A stretch of 64,000 nucleotides of DNA, from NCBI GenBank assembly GCA_043818275.1, contig JBDRFY010000050.1, positions 1 through 64,000 on the forward strand, read 5' to 3'. The notes under the pieces are model-generated. The model was not told where the DNA came from. It saw only the letters and a list, made by a program, of their open reading frames with translations, and ran no database searches. This DNA is from a bacterium (GTDB lineage: Bacteria; Babelota; Babeliae; Babelales; JAUWHS01). Below are positions 21,103 to 29,546 of the stretch, piece after piece; the first letter of the stretch is position 1; every line of letters begins with the position of its first letter. Position numbers and translations under genes: made by a program.

Positions 21103-23254
21103 AATTTAAATATCCTTCTATTTCAACAAAAGCCCCTGAAAGAACTTTTGTATCAACATTATTTGAATCGGTTGCGCCATCTCCCAAAGTAATTGCTTTA
21201 TTTATATCCGCATTAGGAGTAGTTCCATTTAAATTTTTTAATACAACTTTATTATCAAAAATTAATTTGCCTGCGGTTAATTGAATACCATTATGAACGG
21301 CATTACATGGAGCAGAAAAAATACATCCGTTCAAATAAATATTCGAAGATGCGTCAGACATTTGCAATAAAGTTCTGCTTCCATTTGTCGGAACATAAGA
21401 AAATGTTGTTCCCAAATCAAAATAAAAAGTTGCAAAACGATTAATGTTAGATTGTTCTTTAGATTCATAAATAAATTTACTCGTTCCTGTTATTATTACA
21501 TCATCATCTATAAGTAATCCACCCTGAGTAAATGTATAATCTCCTGAAAGAGCAACTTCTATATCCTGCAAACCCAACTTACTTGTTGAATCCAACATCA
21601 CAATTCCAGGATTCACGCCACTTTTTAAATTTCTTAATTCCAGATTTCTTAAACTTAAAGTTGACAACCTATCAATAATTAACTGTGCGTTATCTTCAAG
21701 AATTAAAGAATGGCCTTTTCCATCTATAATTGTTGATGAAGTAAATCTTAATGATTCACCTGAAGGAATTGTTAAATTTCCACCAAGTTTTATTGCTCCA
21801 CCTCTTCCATCGATTCTACCACCGGTATAAAGTCTGGTTGTTGAAGACCACAAAAGATCACCATCCAAAATCAAAGTTCCACCATTTAAACTAATCGGAG
21901 AATTTATACTTGTACCAGGTCCTGTGGTAATTATAGAATCAGGATCCAAATCCAAACCTTTCGTACTTACAAGACCATTAATTTCATATTCCCCACTCAA
22001 AACGCTTAAAATAAATTCTAAAAATAATGAATCTGGTAAATCTGCAATGAAATTTGCAAGTGATCTGATGTTTCCACCAATTAATCTATAACATTTTTCT
22101 GTTCTTGGATTTTTAAACCAGATATCGCCGTAATAGCCAACTTCAGGATCTATAAGATTATCTTTGATCCAAATTAAATTTGCAGTAAACGGTGGTGCGT
22201 TATTTATGTCTTTTAATTTATAACCTTTATATAAATGAGAAACACTTCCATCAACTTCTATCTTTTGAAGATCAACAATAATACCAACCATATCGTAATT
22301 CGGACTAACAATTTGAACAATTTTATAATTATCAAATTCTAAAAACTCTGATGGAATAGGAATGGATACAGTCTTCCAGGTACTATCATTAATATCATAT
22401 CTGACAATTCCATTATTCAATATTCCCCAGGCTATATGATCTGCGCCAATATCCATAATTTGTCCATAACCTGTTGGTGAAGATCCGGCCGAAGCATCTA
22501 TCCAGGAAGCCGATTCTTCATTCCATCTATAAGGTTTTGTTGTTGTTGGACTGGTAATCGAAGTTGCCCAAATCTCATATTTGTCTCCAACAAAAACTCT
22601 CTCAAAATTGGTAAAGCCTGTAATTCCTGTTGGAGCAAGTTCATTCCAGGTTTCATTTTCAAAATCATATCTATAAATTCTTCCCGCTGTAAAACCTGGT
22701 TGCGTTGTTCCGGCAACACCGCATAAAATTCCACTTCTGCCGCGCGCAATGTTTTTTAATGGGGCCGCTCCTTTATCATGCCAAGGAAAAACTGCAATCG
22801 GCGCAATTGCAAAACAATTTTTGTCTATTTCATAATAATGACTGTCAGTATCAATTAATGACATCTGGTTAATTCCGCCAATCGCATAACTTATTGGAGC
22901 TTCAACACCCTGCAAGCGTGTAAAAAAGAAACTTCCTGTTGTGTTCATACAATTTAATCCATCCTCCACTCCGTAAATTAAATCCGGATCAATACCTGTA
23001 TAATCAACCCGGGGAGGATATGAATCATCTGTTACAACTCCTCTAAATTCATAAATTGGATCCCGTAGTCCAACAACAGATAAATTTTTCCATCCAATTA
23101 AATGAGAACCAACACAATGTCTTAAAATTGCTTTTTCAGTTAAACCCAAAGCCGCATCAACATTAGAAAAGCAAACTCGTGCATAAAGAGAATTATTAAA
23201 AATTGTTAAAACAAAGCCAAGAAGAAGCAGATAAAAAAATGTTTTAATCTTCAC
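21089..23254 (-). CDS. Secreted protein type B: tectonin-like propeller plus beta-solenoid
   Basis: YAIGGINQM, IARGRSGILCGV, VFVGDKYEIWA, MDIGADHIAWGI, IVSPNYDMVGI, EVGYYGDIW; ends KAITLGDG...VLSGA...NYDPA; GTG start. Confidence 0.75.
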   Translation of the reverse strand: MKIKTFFYLLLLGFVLTIFNNSLYARVCFSNVDAALGLTEKAILRHCVGSHLIGWKNLSVVGLRDPIYEFRGVVTDDSYPPRVDYTGIDPDLIYGVEDGLNCMNTTGSFFFTRLQGVEAPISYAIGGINQMSLIDTDSHYYEIDKNCFAIAPIAVFPWHDKGAAPLKNIARGRSGILCGVAGTTQPGFTAGRIYRYDFENETWNELAPTGITGFTNFERVFVGDKYEIWATSITSPTTTKPYRWNEESASWIDASAGSSPTGYGQIMDIGADHIAWGILNNGIVRYDINDSTWKTVSIPIPSEFLEFDNYKIVQIVSPNYDMVGIIVDLQKIEVDGSVSHLYKGYKLKDINNAPPFTANLIWIKDNLIDPEVGYYGDIWFKNPRTEKCYRLIGGNIRSLANFIADLPDSLFLEFILSVLSGEYEINGLVSTKGLDLDPDSIITTGPGTSINSPISLNGGTLILDGDLLWSSTTRLYTGGRIDGRGGAIKLGGNLTIPSGESLRFTSSTIIDGKGHSLILEDNAQLIIDRLSTLSLRNLELRNLKSGVNPGIVMLDSTSKLGLQDIEVALSGDYTFTQGGLLIDDDVIITGTSKFIYESKEQSNINRFATFYFDLGTTFSYVPTNGSRTLLQMSDASSNIYLNGCIFSAPCNAVHNGIQLTAGKLIFDNKVVLKNLNGTTPNADINKAITLGDGATDSNNVDTKVLSGAFVEIEGYLNYDPA

Positions 23255-23287
23255 TCTCTTCCCCCTTTTTAAAAAGGTATTTCTATA

Positions 23288-24424
23288 TTAATAATAATTA
23301 TAATAATTTAAACTTCCGTGAATATCGATTCGACAACCACTCAGTGCAAAAACATTAAGATCTTCAGGCGGACGACCAAAAGTTATGCCTTTAGCCTCCT
23401 GGGTATTTGGCCAACCATTAACAGCGCTGTAATTACTAAAAGTCACTCTATTTTCTAAAATTAATTTTCCTAACCATAATTCTAAACCGCTATAATTACT
23501 GTAAGCGGGAACGCTTAAAGTTGAACCATTAAGATACAATGTTGAAGAAGTATCTGTCATAATTAATTGTTGTCTACATTCATTTCCAATTGATGATTGA
23601 TGATCGTAAACAAAATTTATCCCTGAATCAAAATAAAGAGTTGAGTCGTCACAAATTCTTAAATAAGCCTGCAAAGCATCGTCTGATGAATGAACAAAAT
23701 AACGAGGAATACTATCGGTACAAATAACATCACCATGAACACTTCCGGTAAAAAGAACATCTTCATGAATAAAAAGAGAGCCAACATCAAAAGTATAACT
23801 TCCATTAATATCAACTTTAACATTTTGTAACGCCAAAGAACTTGTTTCATCAGTCAACACTATTCCACCTGATGTTGAAGCCTGACCATGCAAATTTTTT
23901 AAACATAAATTACGTAATGTTAAAGTTGCAGATGAATCAACAATAAATTGAAACCCTGAATCCAAAAAAACAGAATTACTTTGACCATCAATAATTGTGT
24001 CATTCAAAATATATAAACTGCTGCTCGCAGGTAAAATAGCATCTCCATGTAAAAATAACGCTCCTTTATTCCCCTTTAAATTAGCAACTCCATTTATAGA
24101 GATATCATTACTGGATGAACTAGATAAATGCAAATCAGCTAATAATTCAATGGTCGCAATATTATCTAAAATAACATTTCCCCCTTTTACATGAGGAACA
24201 ATCCCAAGTTTAAGCGTAGTATTTGGTAAAATATAAAAACCTGCATTGTAATTTACCCAACCCCAAACTTCCGAATTTATATTATAGTACTCAATTGCAC
24301 TTAAAGCATAAACGGTATTACTTCCCTTTGCATTTGAAGTATTTAAAGAAAAAATATTTTTTGAAGTAAAAAAAAGAAAAAATAAAAAGATAAAATTTTT
24401 TATATAGAACAATTTAAGAGTCAT
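23288..24424 (-). CDS. Secreted beta-solenoid-like protein, type A (first gene of locus)
   Basis: ATG at 24424 with AAGGAG RBS is preferred over TTG at 24493; signal peptide then LNTSNAKGSNTVYAL. Confidence 0.75.
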   Translation of the reverse strand: MTLKLFYIKNFIFLFFLFFTSKNIFSLNTSNAKGSNTVYALSAIEYYNINSEVWGWVNYNAGFYILPNTTLKLGIVPHVKGGNVILDNIATIELLADLHLSSSSSNDISINGVANLKGNKGALFLHGDAILPASSSLYILNDTIIDGQSNSVFLDSGFQFIVDSSATLTLRNLCLKNLHGQASTSGGIVLTDETSSLALQNVKVDINGSYTFDVGSLFIHEDVLFTGSVHGDVICTDSIPRYFVHSSDDALQAYLRICDDSTLYFDSGINFVYDHQSSIGNECRQQLIMTDTSSTLYLNGSTLSVPAYSNYSGLELWLGKLILENRVTFSNYSAVNGWPNTQEAKGITFGRPPEDLNVFALSGCRIDIHGSLNYYNYY

Positions 24425-24472
24425 GATCTCCTTTGCTCCCCTGCTAGAACCAAACTCCTTTCTAGAATACCT

Positions 24473-24504
24473 GTAATTGTCACAAAAGAACAATTACGTG
24501 TCAA
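24473..24504 (-). promoter_or_regulatory. Sigma70-type promoter of the seven-gene locus with overlapping 8-9-8 inverted repeat
   Basis: Minus strand TTGACA (24504-24499), 17 nt, TGn-GACAAT (24481-24476); GTAATTGT (24473-24480)-N9-ACAATTAC (24490-24497). Confidence 0.6.
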
Positions 24505-24643
24505 GTATACACAGATCACTTTAAAAGCAAAATAAGAATAAAAATAAATTTAAAGCTATACAAAACAAAGTAATCTATTGCTAACAAACTAAAAATACTT
24601 TTAAAATACTTATATATTTATAAAAACAAGCGAAAGGAAAATT

Positions 24644-25345
24644 ATGCCAAATATAATAAAATCTTTTTTAAAAAAAGTTCTAATAATAATTTCAATTTCC
24701 CTTGTTATCTATCTTTCTTATGTATTTATTTTCAAGCCCGACAACATACAAACAAAACTGTTAAAATCCATCACAAAAAAAGAATTGCTAAATGTTTCAC
24801 GATTAAATATTCTCCCTAAAGAAATCAAAGGAAATGTCGTAACATTAAAAAGGTTTGATCTCAAATATTTTAATGATTTTCACAAAATATTTTCCAAAGA
24901 GATTAGAAAAGCAATAGAATATCCAGAAAAAATTACTTTCGGATTTACCAAAAGCATGCTTTTGCATGACATGAAATTAGAAAGAGAGGGAAAAGGAATT
25001 TTTTATTTTATTTTTAATAACAAAGATAATAAATTAATTGGTTGGATTGAAATAAAAGATAAAAACATAGAGGATCCAGGACAATTCAGTATATCGATAA
25101 ATGAAAATTATCGGGGAAAGGGGCGGGCACAAGAAGCAATACAAATAATTTCAGATATTTATTTTAAATATAAAGATGAAGATGAGTACATAGCGCATGT
25201 CAGATTATGGAATCAGAGAAGTTATAAAGCTTTAATAAAAGCCGGCTTTAAAGATGTTGACCGCTTTTACGAAGATGGAGAACCAACACGATACATTTTA
25301 AAAATGTACAATTCACATAAAACAAAATCTGATTTTACAAAATAA
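24644..25345 (+). CDS. GNAT (RimJ/RimL-type) N-acetyltransferase with N-terminal membrane anchor
   Basis: YRGKGRAQEA acetyl-CoA motif; NQRSYKALIKAGF; N-terminal TM. Confidence 0.8.
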   Translation: MPNIIKSFLKKVLIIISISLVIYLSYVFIFKPDNIQTKLLKSITKKELLNVSRLNILPKEIKGNVVTLKRFDLKYFNDFHKIFSKEIRKAIEYPEKITFGFTKSMLLHDMKLEREGKGIFYFIFNNKDNKLIGWIEIKDKNIEDPGQFSISINENYRGKGRAQEAIQIISDIYFKYKDEDEYIAHVRLWNQRSYKALIKAGFKDVDRFYEDGEPTRYILKMYNSHKTKSDFTK

Positions 25346-25410
25346 AATCAAAATTATAAATTTTATTTTGTTGAAGAAATTTTATTTTGAAATTTATTAT
25401 TTTTTATAAA

Positions 25411-25693
25411 TAGAGATCCTGAACTTGATTCATAACTGTCCAAAGTGTTTGAAATGTTTTAGATAAGGATAAAATTAAACTCTCCCGTTCGCCCTGAGGA
25501 GGAATTTTGAAAAAATTTCGTCTCGAAGGGTAATCCAAATAAAAAATTGATTTTATAAGGAATATCCTTCGAGACGCTCTCAATCGCTAAACGCATTTCG
25601 AGCTCCTCAGGACGAACGGATGGGGTAAAAATTTATTTTGTTTAAAGGTTTTTTATCACTTTGGACAGTTATGAATCAAGTTCAGGATCTCTA
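25411..25693. repeat. Nested palindromic element: perfect 37-bp outer inverted repeat enclosing a family-1-related REP pair
   Basis: tagagatcctgaacttgattcataactgtccaaagtg (25411-25447) is the exact reverse complement of 25657-25693; inner ccgttcgccctgaggag...cgtctcgaaggg / tccttcgagacg...ctcctcaggacgaacgg (25485-25619). Confidence 0.9.
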
Positions 25694-25749
25694 AATTTTA
25701 TATAAGCAATTCAATTTATAGTTCCAACCAAAAATTAAGGAGTCAAAAA

Positions 25750-26289
25750 ATGTCTGCAAAAAAAAATATCTTGTTTATTCTAATTCCAGATTTTCGCGAT
25801 GAAGAATTTACTGTCCCTTTCAATATACTTTATGAAGCAGGTCATACAATAGATGTTGCAGGGCTGAAAGAAGGTGAGATTATTGGCGCAAATGGTTATA
25901 AACATAAAGCAGATTTTCTTTTAGATACCCTTTCACATGAAGATCTTGAAAAATATGATGTTTTAGTTATCCCTGGTGGACCTGGTTCAACCACATATTT
26001 ATGGAACAATCCCAAAATTCAGGAAATAATTGAATTTTTTAATGAAAGAGGCAAAATTGTGGCAACCATTTGTTATGCATGCGTTGCCGCCGCTCAATCC
26101 GGAATTTTAAAAGGCAAAAAAGCAACTGTTTATCCAACACATGAAGCACGAAAAATCTTTGAAGAATGTGAAGTTACCTTTGATGATGCAGGAGTTGTAA
26201 CATTAAAAGATGAAAAAATAATAACTGCGCAAGGTCCAAAATTTGCAGAAGAATTTGGAACTGCAATTCTAGATATGTTAAATCAATAA
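25750..26289 (+). CDS. DJ-1/PfpI family protein
   Basis: FRDEEF, YDVLVIPGG, ATICYA nucleophile elbow, IITAQGP. Confidence 0.9.
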   Translation: MSAKKNILFILIPDFRDEEFTVPFNILYEAGHTIDVAGLKEGEIIGANGYKHKADFLLDTLSHEDLEKYDVLVIPGGPGSTTYLWNNPKIQEIIEFFNERGKIVATICYACVAAAQSGILKGKKATVYPTHEARKIFEECEVTFDDAGVVTLKDEKIITAQGPKFAEEFGTAILDMLNQ

Positions 26290-26297
26290 GGAATTTA

Positions 26298-27407
26298 ATG
26301 ACAAAAAAAGCAACACTTACGAGTGAACACAGACCCAAAGTATTAATTGTTGGTTTATTTACGCCCTACAATAAATTAGATAATCAAGATGCATATTTTG
26401 ATGAATTTATAAGTTTGATAAACACTTTAGGTATAGAATATGACGGACAATATTTTACGAAATTAAGACATATAGAAAAAGCAAACTTCCTAACTAAAGG
26501 TAAATTACAAGAATTAATTGATCTTTGTGAAAAAGAAAAATACGACGAAGTAATTATTTCTGAAATTCTAACACCATTGCAAGAACGAAATTTGTCAGAT
26601 TTATTAAATTGTGATGTTTTTGACCGCGAAAAATTAATTCTGGAAATTTTTAAAAATTCTGCTCATACAGCTGAAGGAAAAATTCAGGTTGAAATGGCTG
26701 AAATTGAATTTTTAAAAAGCAGACTTGCAGGAAAAGGCTATGAACTCGCACAACAAATTGGTGTAATCGGAGTTCGCGGACCAGGTGAGACAGCTAAGGA
26801 AGTTTTACAAAGACACCTTGAAAATAAAATACGTCAGGCAAAGAAAAAATTAAAAACATTAGAACACGCAAAAGAAGAACAACGCAAACAAAGGTTAAGT
26901 AGTCACATTCCATTAATTTGTCTTGTCGGTCACACAAATGCTGGAAAATCAACAGTGCTAAATCAATTAACCAAAAGCGATGTTTTGGTTGAAGATAAAT
27001 TATTCGCCACTCTTGATATAACAACCAGAAAATTTTTCATAGACAACAAAAAACAAATACTAATTTCAGACACTGTTGGATTTATCAGCGATCTTCCCCA
27101 TCATTTAATCGAAGCGTTTAAAACAACTCTGGATGAATTAAAATATGCAAATATTTTATTATGCGTAATTGACGCGAGTAATCCATGCTGGAAAAATCAA
27201 ATTAAAGTGGTTCAAAATACGTTAGAAGAAATAGAAATAGAAAAATCAATTTTATATGTTTTCAACAAGATTGATAAATTAAACAAAGAACAACTGGATG
27301 AATTAAAACAAAATCTGCAAGATTATGAACCACACATTTTAATCAAAGCTACCTCAAAAGAAGGAATACAACCATTAGTGAATTTTTTACAAAGCTATAA
27401 ATTTTAA
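26298..27407 (+). CDS. hflX: GTPase HflX
   Basis: LILEIF...EGKIQVE, RGPGET, GHTNAGKST, LFATLD, DTVGFI, NKID. Confidence 0.95.
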   Translation: MTKKATLTSEHRPKVLIVGLFTPYNKLDNQDAYFDEFISLINTLGIEYDGQYFTKLRHIEKANFLTKGKLQELIDLCEKEKYDEVIISEILTPLQERNLSDLLNCDVFDREKLILEIFKNSAHTAEGKIQVEMAEIEFLKSRLAGKGYELAQQIGVIGVRGPGETAKEVLQRHLENKIRQAKKKLKTLEHAKEEQRKQRLSSHIPLICLVGHTNAGKSTVLNQLTKSDVLVEDKLFATLDITTRKFFIDNKKQILISDTVGFISDLPHHLIEAFKTTLDELKYANILLCVIDASNPCWKNQIKVVQNTLEEIEIEKSILYVFNKIDKLNKEQLDELKQNLQDYEPHILIKATSKEGIQPLVNFLQSYKF

Positions 27408-27418
27408 AAGGAGCATTT

Positions 27419-28423
27419 GTGTCAAAAAAAATAGCAATTAATGGTTTTGGCAGAATCGGCAAAACATTTTTGCGCGTTTTAATGAGTGATGAAGAAATCA
27501 CAAAAAAAATAAACGTCGTAGCAATAAATGTTGGCCCGGCAAATCCTGAACACACAGCTTTTCAATTTAAACATGATTCAATTTTAAACACATTTAACGG
27601 AAAAGTTTCATACGAAAAAGAACATTTAATAATCAATGATCATAAAATAAAAGTATTTGCAGAACAAAACCCAGCAAAAATAAACTGGTATGAATTAGGA
27701 ATTGAATGGGTTGTTGAATGTTCAGGAAGATTTACAACAAAAGAAAAAGCATCCTTTCATTTACAATCAGGAGCGAAAAAAGTTTTAATTACGGCTCCGG
27801 CAACAGATGAGGATATAACAATTATTCCAGGTGTAAATGATTCAGATTATGATAAGGAAAAACATAAAATCATCTCTTTGGGCAGTTGCACAACAAATTG
27901 CTTCGCTCCAATCGTAAAGGTATTAAAAGAAGAATTTGGTTTACAACATGGTTTGATGACAACAATTCATGCATATACAAATGATCAGGTTTTACTGGAT
28001 CTGGACCACAAAGATTTACGTCGGTCCCGCGCCGCCGCGATTAATATTATTCCAACCAAAACTGGCGCGGATAAAGTTATTACAACAATATATCCGGAAT
28101 TTAAAAATAAAATTAAAGCACAAGCCATTAGGGTTCCTGTTGCAATTAGTTCTCTTGTGGATTTTACTTTTCAGACAAAAAAGAATTGTAACGTTGAAGA
28201 AATAAACGCAGCATTCAAAAAATATGCTGCCAATTCTATGAAAAACATTATTCAATACTGTGAAGAACCTTTGGTATCATCTGATTTTATTGGTAATACG
28301 CATTCTTGTATAATTGACAGCCTCTTAACCCAATGTACTGGGCAGCTTGGTAAAATTTTTGGATGGTATGATAATGAATATGGTTATTCCTGTAGATTAA
28401 GGGATTTTTTACTTCACAACTAA
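27419..28423 (+). CDS. gap: Type I glyceraldehyde-3-phosphate dehydrogenase
   Basis: INGFGRIG, SCTTNC, TTIHAYT, WYDNEYGYS; GTG start with AGGAG. Confidence 0.95.
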   Translation: MSKKIAINGFGRIGKTFLRVLMSDEEITKKINVVAINVGPANPEHTAFQFKHDSILNTFNGKVSYEKEHLIINDHKIKVFAEQNPAKINWYELGIEWVVECSGRFTTKEKASFHLQSGAKKVLITAPATDEDITIIPGVNDSDYDKEKHKIISLGSCTTNCFAPIVKVLKEEFGLQHGLMTTIHAYTNDQVLLDLDHKDLRRSRAAAINIIPTKTGADKVITTIYPEFKNKIKAQAIRVPVAISSLVDFTFQTKKNCNVEEINAAFKKYAANSMKNIIQYCEEPLVSSDFIGNTHSCIIDSLLTQCTGQLGKIFGWYDNEYGYSCRLRDFLLHN

Positions 28424-28471
28424 AAAAAGTTGGTCTACAATACTAATTATTGATAATGAATCAATAATGGC

Positions 28472-28547
28472 GGGCCCATAGCTCAGCGGTCAGAGCAGTC
28501 GGCTCATAACCGAAAGGTCCCAGGTTCAAATCCTGGTGGGCCCACCA
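28472..28547 (+). tRNA. tRNA with CAT anticodon, most likely tRNA-Ile2 (lysidine-modified) rather than Met
   Basis: 76-nt cloverleaf GGGCCCA/TGGGCCC, anticodon loop CTCATAA, TTCAAAT T-loop, encoded CCA; paired 1-72 and no triple G-C anticodon stem, so not initiator. Confidence 0.9.
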
Positions 28548-28722
28548 TACTTCGCTAAAGCTTCGTATGGCGCAGCCATTTTTTAAATGATTGATTTTGA
28601 ATTTTAAAGAAACTTTCAACTTAAAAAGCGAAGTATGCCCTTCTCCGTCCTTCGCATAAAGCTTCGGAGAACTCTGCGAAGTTTGACACGAAGCAAAGTT
28701 AGCTCGAAGAGCGAAGTAGGGC
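28545..28722 (+). repeat. tRNA-3'-attached structured element (CTTCGC/GCGAAG family), copy 1
   Basis: ccatacttcgctaaagcttcgtatggcgcagcca...gcgaagtatgccc...gcgaagtagggc; homologous to the sequence after tRNA-Ser. Confidence 0.7.
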
Positions 28723-28792
28723 AAGAATTCCCCAATCACCCAACTAGTTTTAAGTATTACAAATACAAAAAAGCAAATATCGAGGTGCAAAA

Positions 28793-29530
28793 ATGATTGG
28801 ACAACCTCTCTGGAAAAGCTTAAAAGCATTAGTTGAAATAGACAATGAAGCAAAAAAAATAAAAGAAAAAATTTTAGGGGGAAATCAAAACATAGAAGAA
28901 AAAAAACTTCTTATTCCAAAAATCCAAAAAGAAATTCAGGTTTTAGAACTTAAATGTAAAGAAACAAAAAAAATGGTTGACGAAGAAGAGCTTATTGCAA
29001 ATGATCTTAAAGAAAAAGAAGATGAAAAAAGAGTAGCTTTAGACAAAACCAAAAATGAAAAAGAATATCGGGCAGTTGAAAAAGAAATCAAAAAAATAAC
29101 TCAAGATAGAATGGAACTTGAGGATATTCTAATTCAATCCTGGCACAAACATGATCAGGCTAAAAAATTACTTGATGAAGAATCAAAAAATAAAAATCAA
29201 AAAATAGAAGACATTAAAAAAGAAATTATTGATCATGAAATAAATTTAAAAGAACTTAATCTAAAGCTCAAAGAAGTTGAAGAAAAAAGAAAAAATGCGA
29301 TTGATAATATACCCGATGAATGGTTACAAAAATATAATCGAATGAAAGAACATGTTACCAATCCAATTGTTCCTGTTATGCAAAATTGTTGCAGCGCTTG
29401 TTATTATAGTGTTATAAGACAAGACCTACAAAGATTAAAAAAATCCGGAGTTCTTCTTTGCAGAAACTGCTACAGATTCTTATATTATGACGAAGAAGAA
29501 GAAATAGAAGAAACTAATAATTCTTATTAA
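28793..29530 (+). CDS. Coiled-coil protein with C-terminal C4 zinc ribbon (DUF164/CT398-like)
   Basis: Long heptad coiled coil; CSAC...CRNCYRFLY; adjacent to RNase HI as is common for this family. Confidence 0.85.
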   Translation: MIGQPLWKSLKALVEIDNEAKKIKEKILGGNQNIEEKKLLIPKIQKEIQVLELKCKETKKMVDEEELIANDLKEKEDEKRVALDKTKNEKEYRAVEKEIKKITQDRMELEDILIQSWHKHDQAKKLLDEESKNKNQKIEDIKKEIIDHEINLKELNLKLKEVEEKRKNAIDNIPDEWLQKYNRMKEHVTNPIVPVMQNCCSACYYSVIRQDLQRLKKSGVLLCRNCYRFLYYDEEEEIEETNNSY

Positions 29531-29546
29531 ATAAATAATAGTAGTA

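Noticed and set aside
12580..24424. Classical autotransporter (type Va) or phage tail-fibre assignment for the A/B/C genes
   Set aside because: No ~300-aa C-terminal barrel is evident, all have signal peptides, and there is no phage context.
28472..28547. Initiator or elongator tRNA-Met
   Set aside because: Lacks the C1:A72 mismatch and GGG/CCC anticodon stem of initiators; the overall sequence resembles Ile2, although elongator Met is not fully excluded.
28461..28853. 130-aa minus-strand ORF
   Set aside because: Antisense to tRNA-Ile2 and the palindromic element; WWAHQDLNLGP is a typical translated-tRNA artefact.
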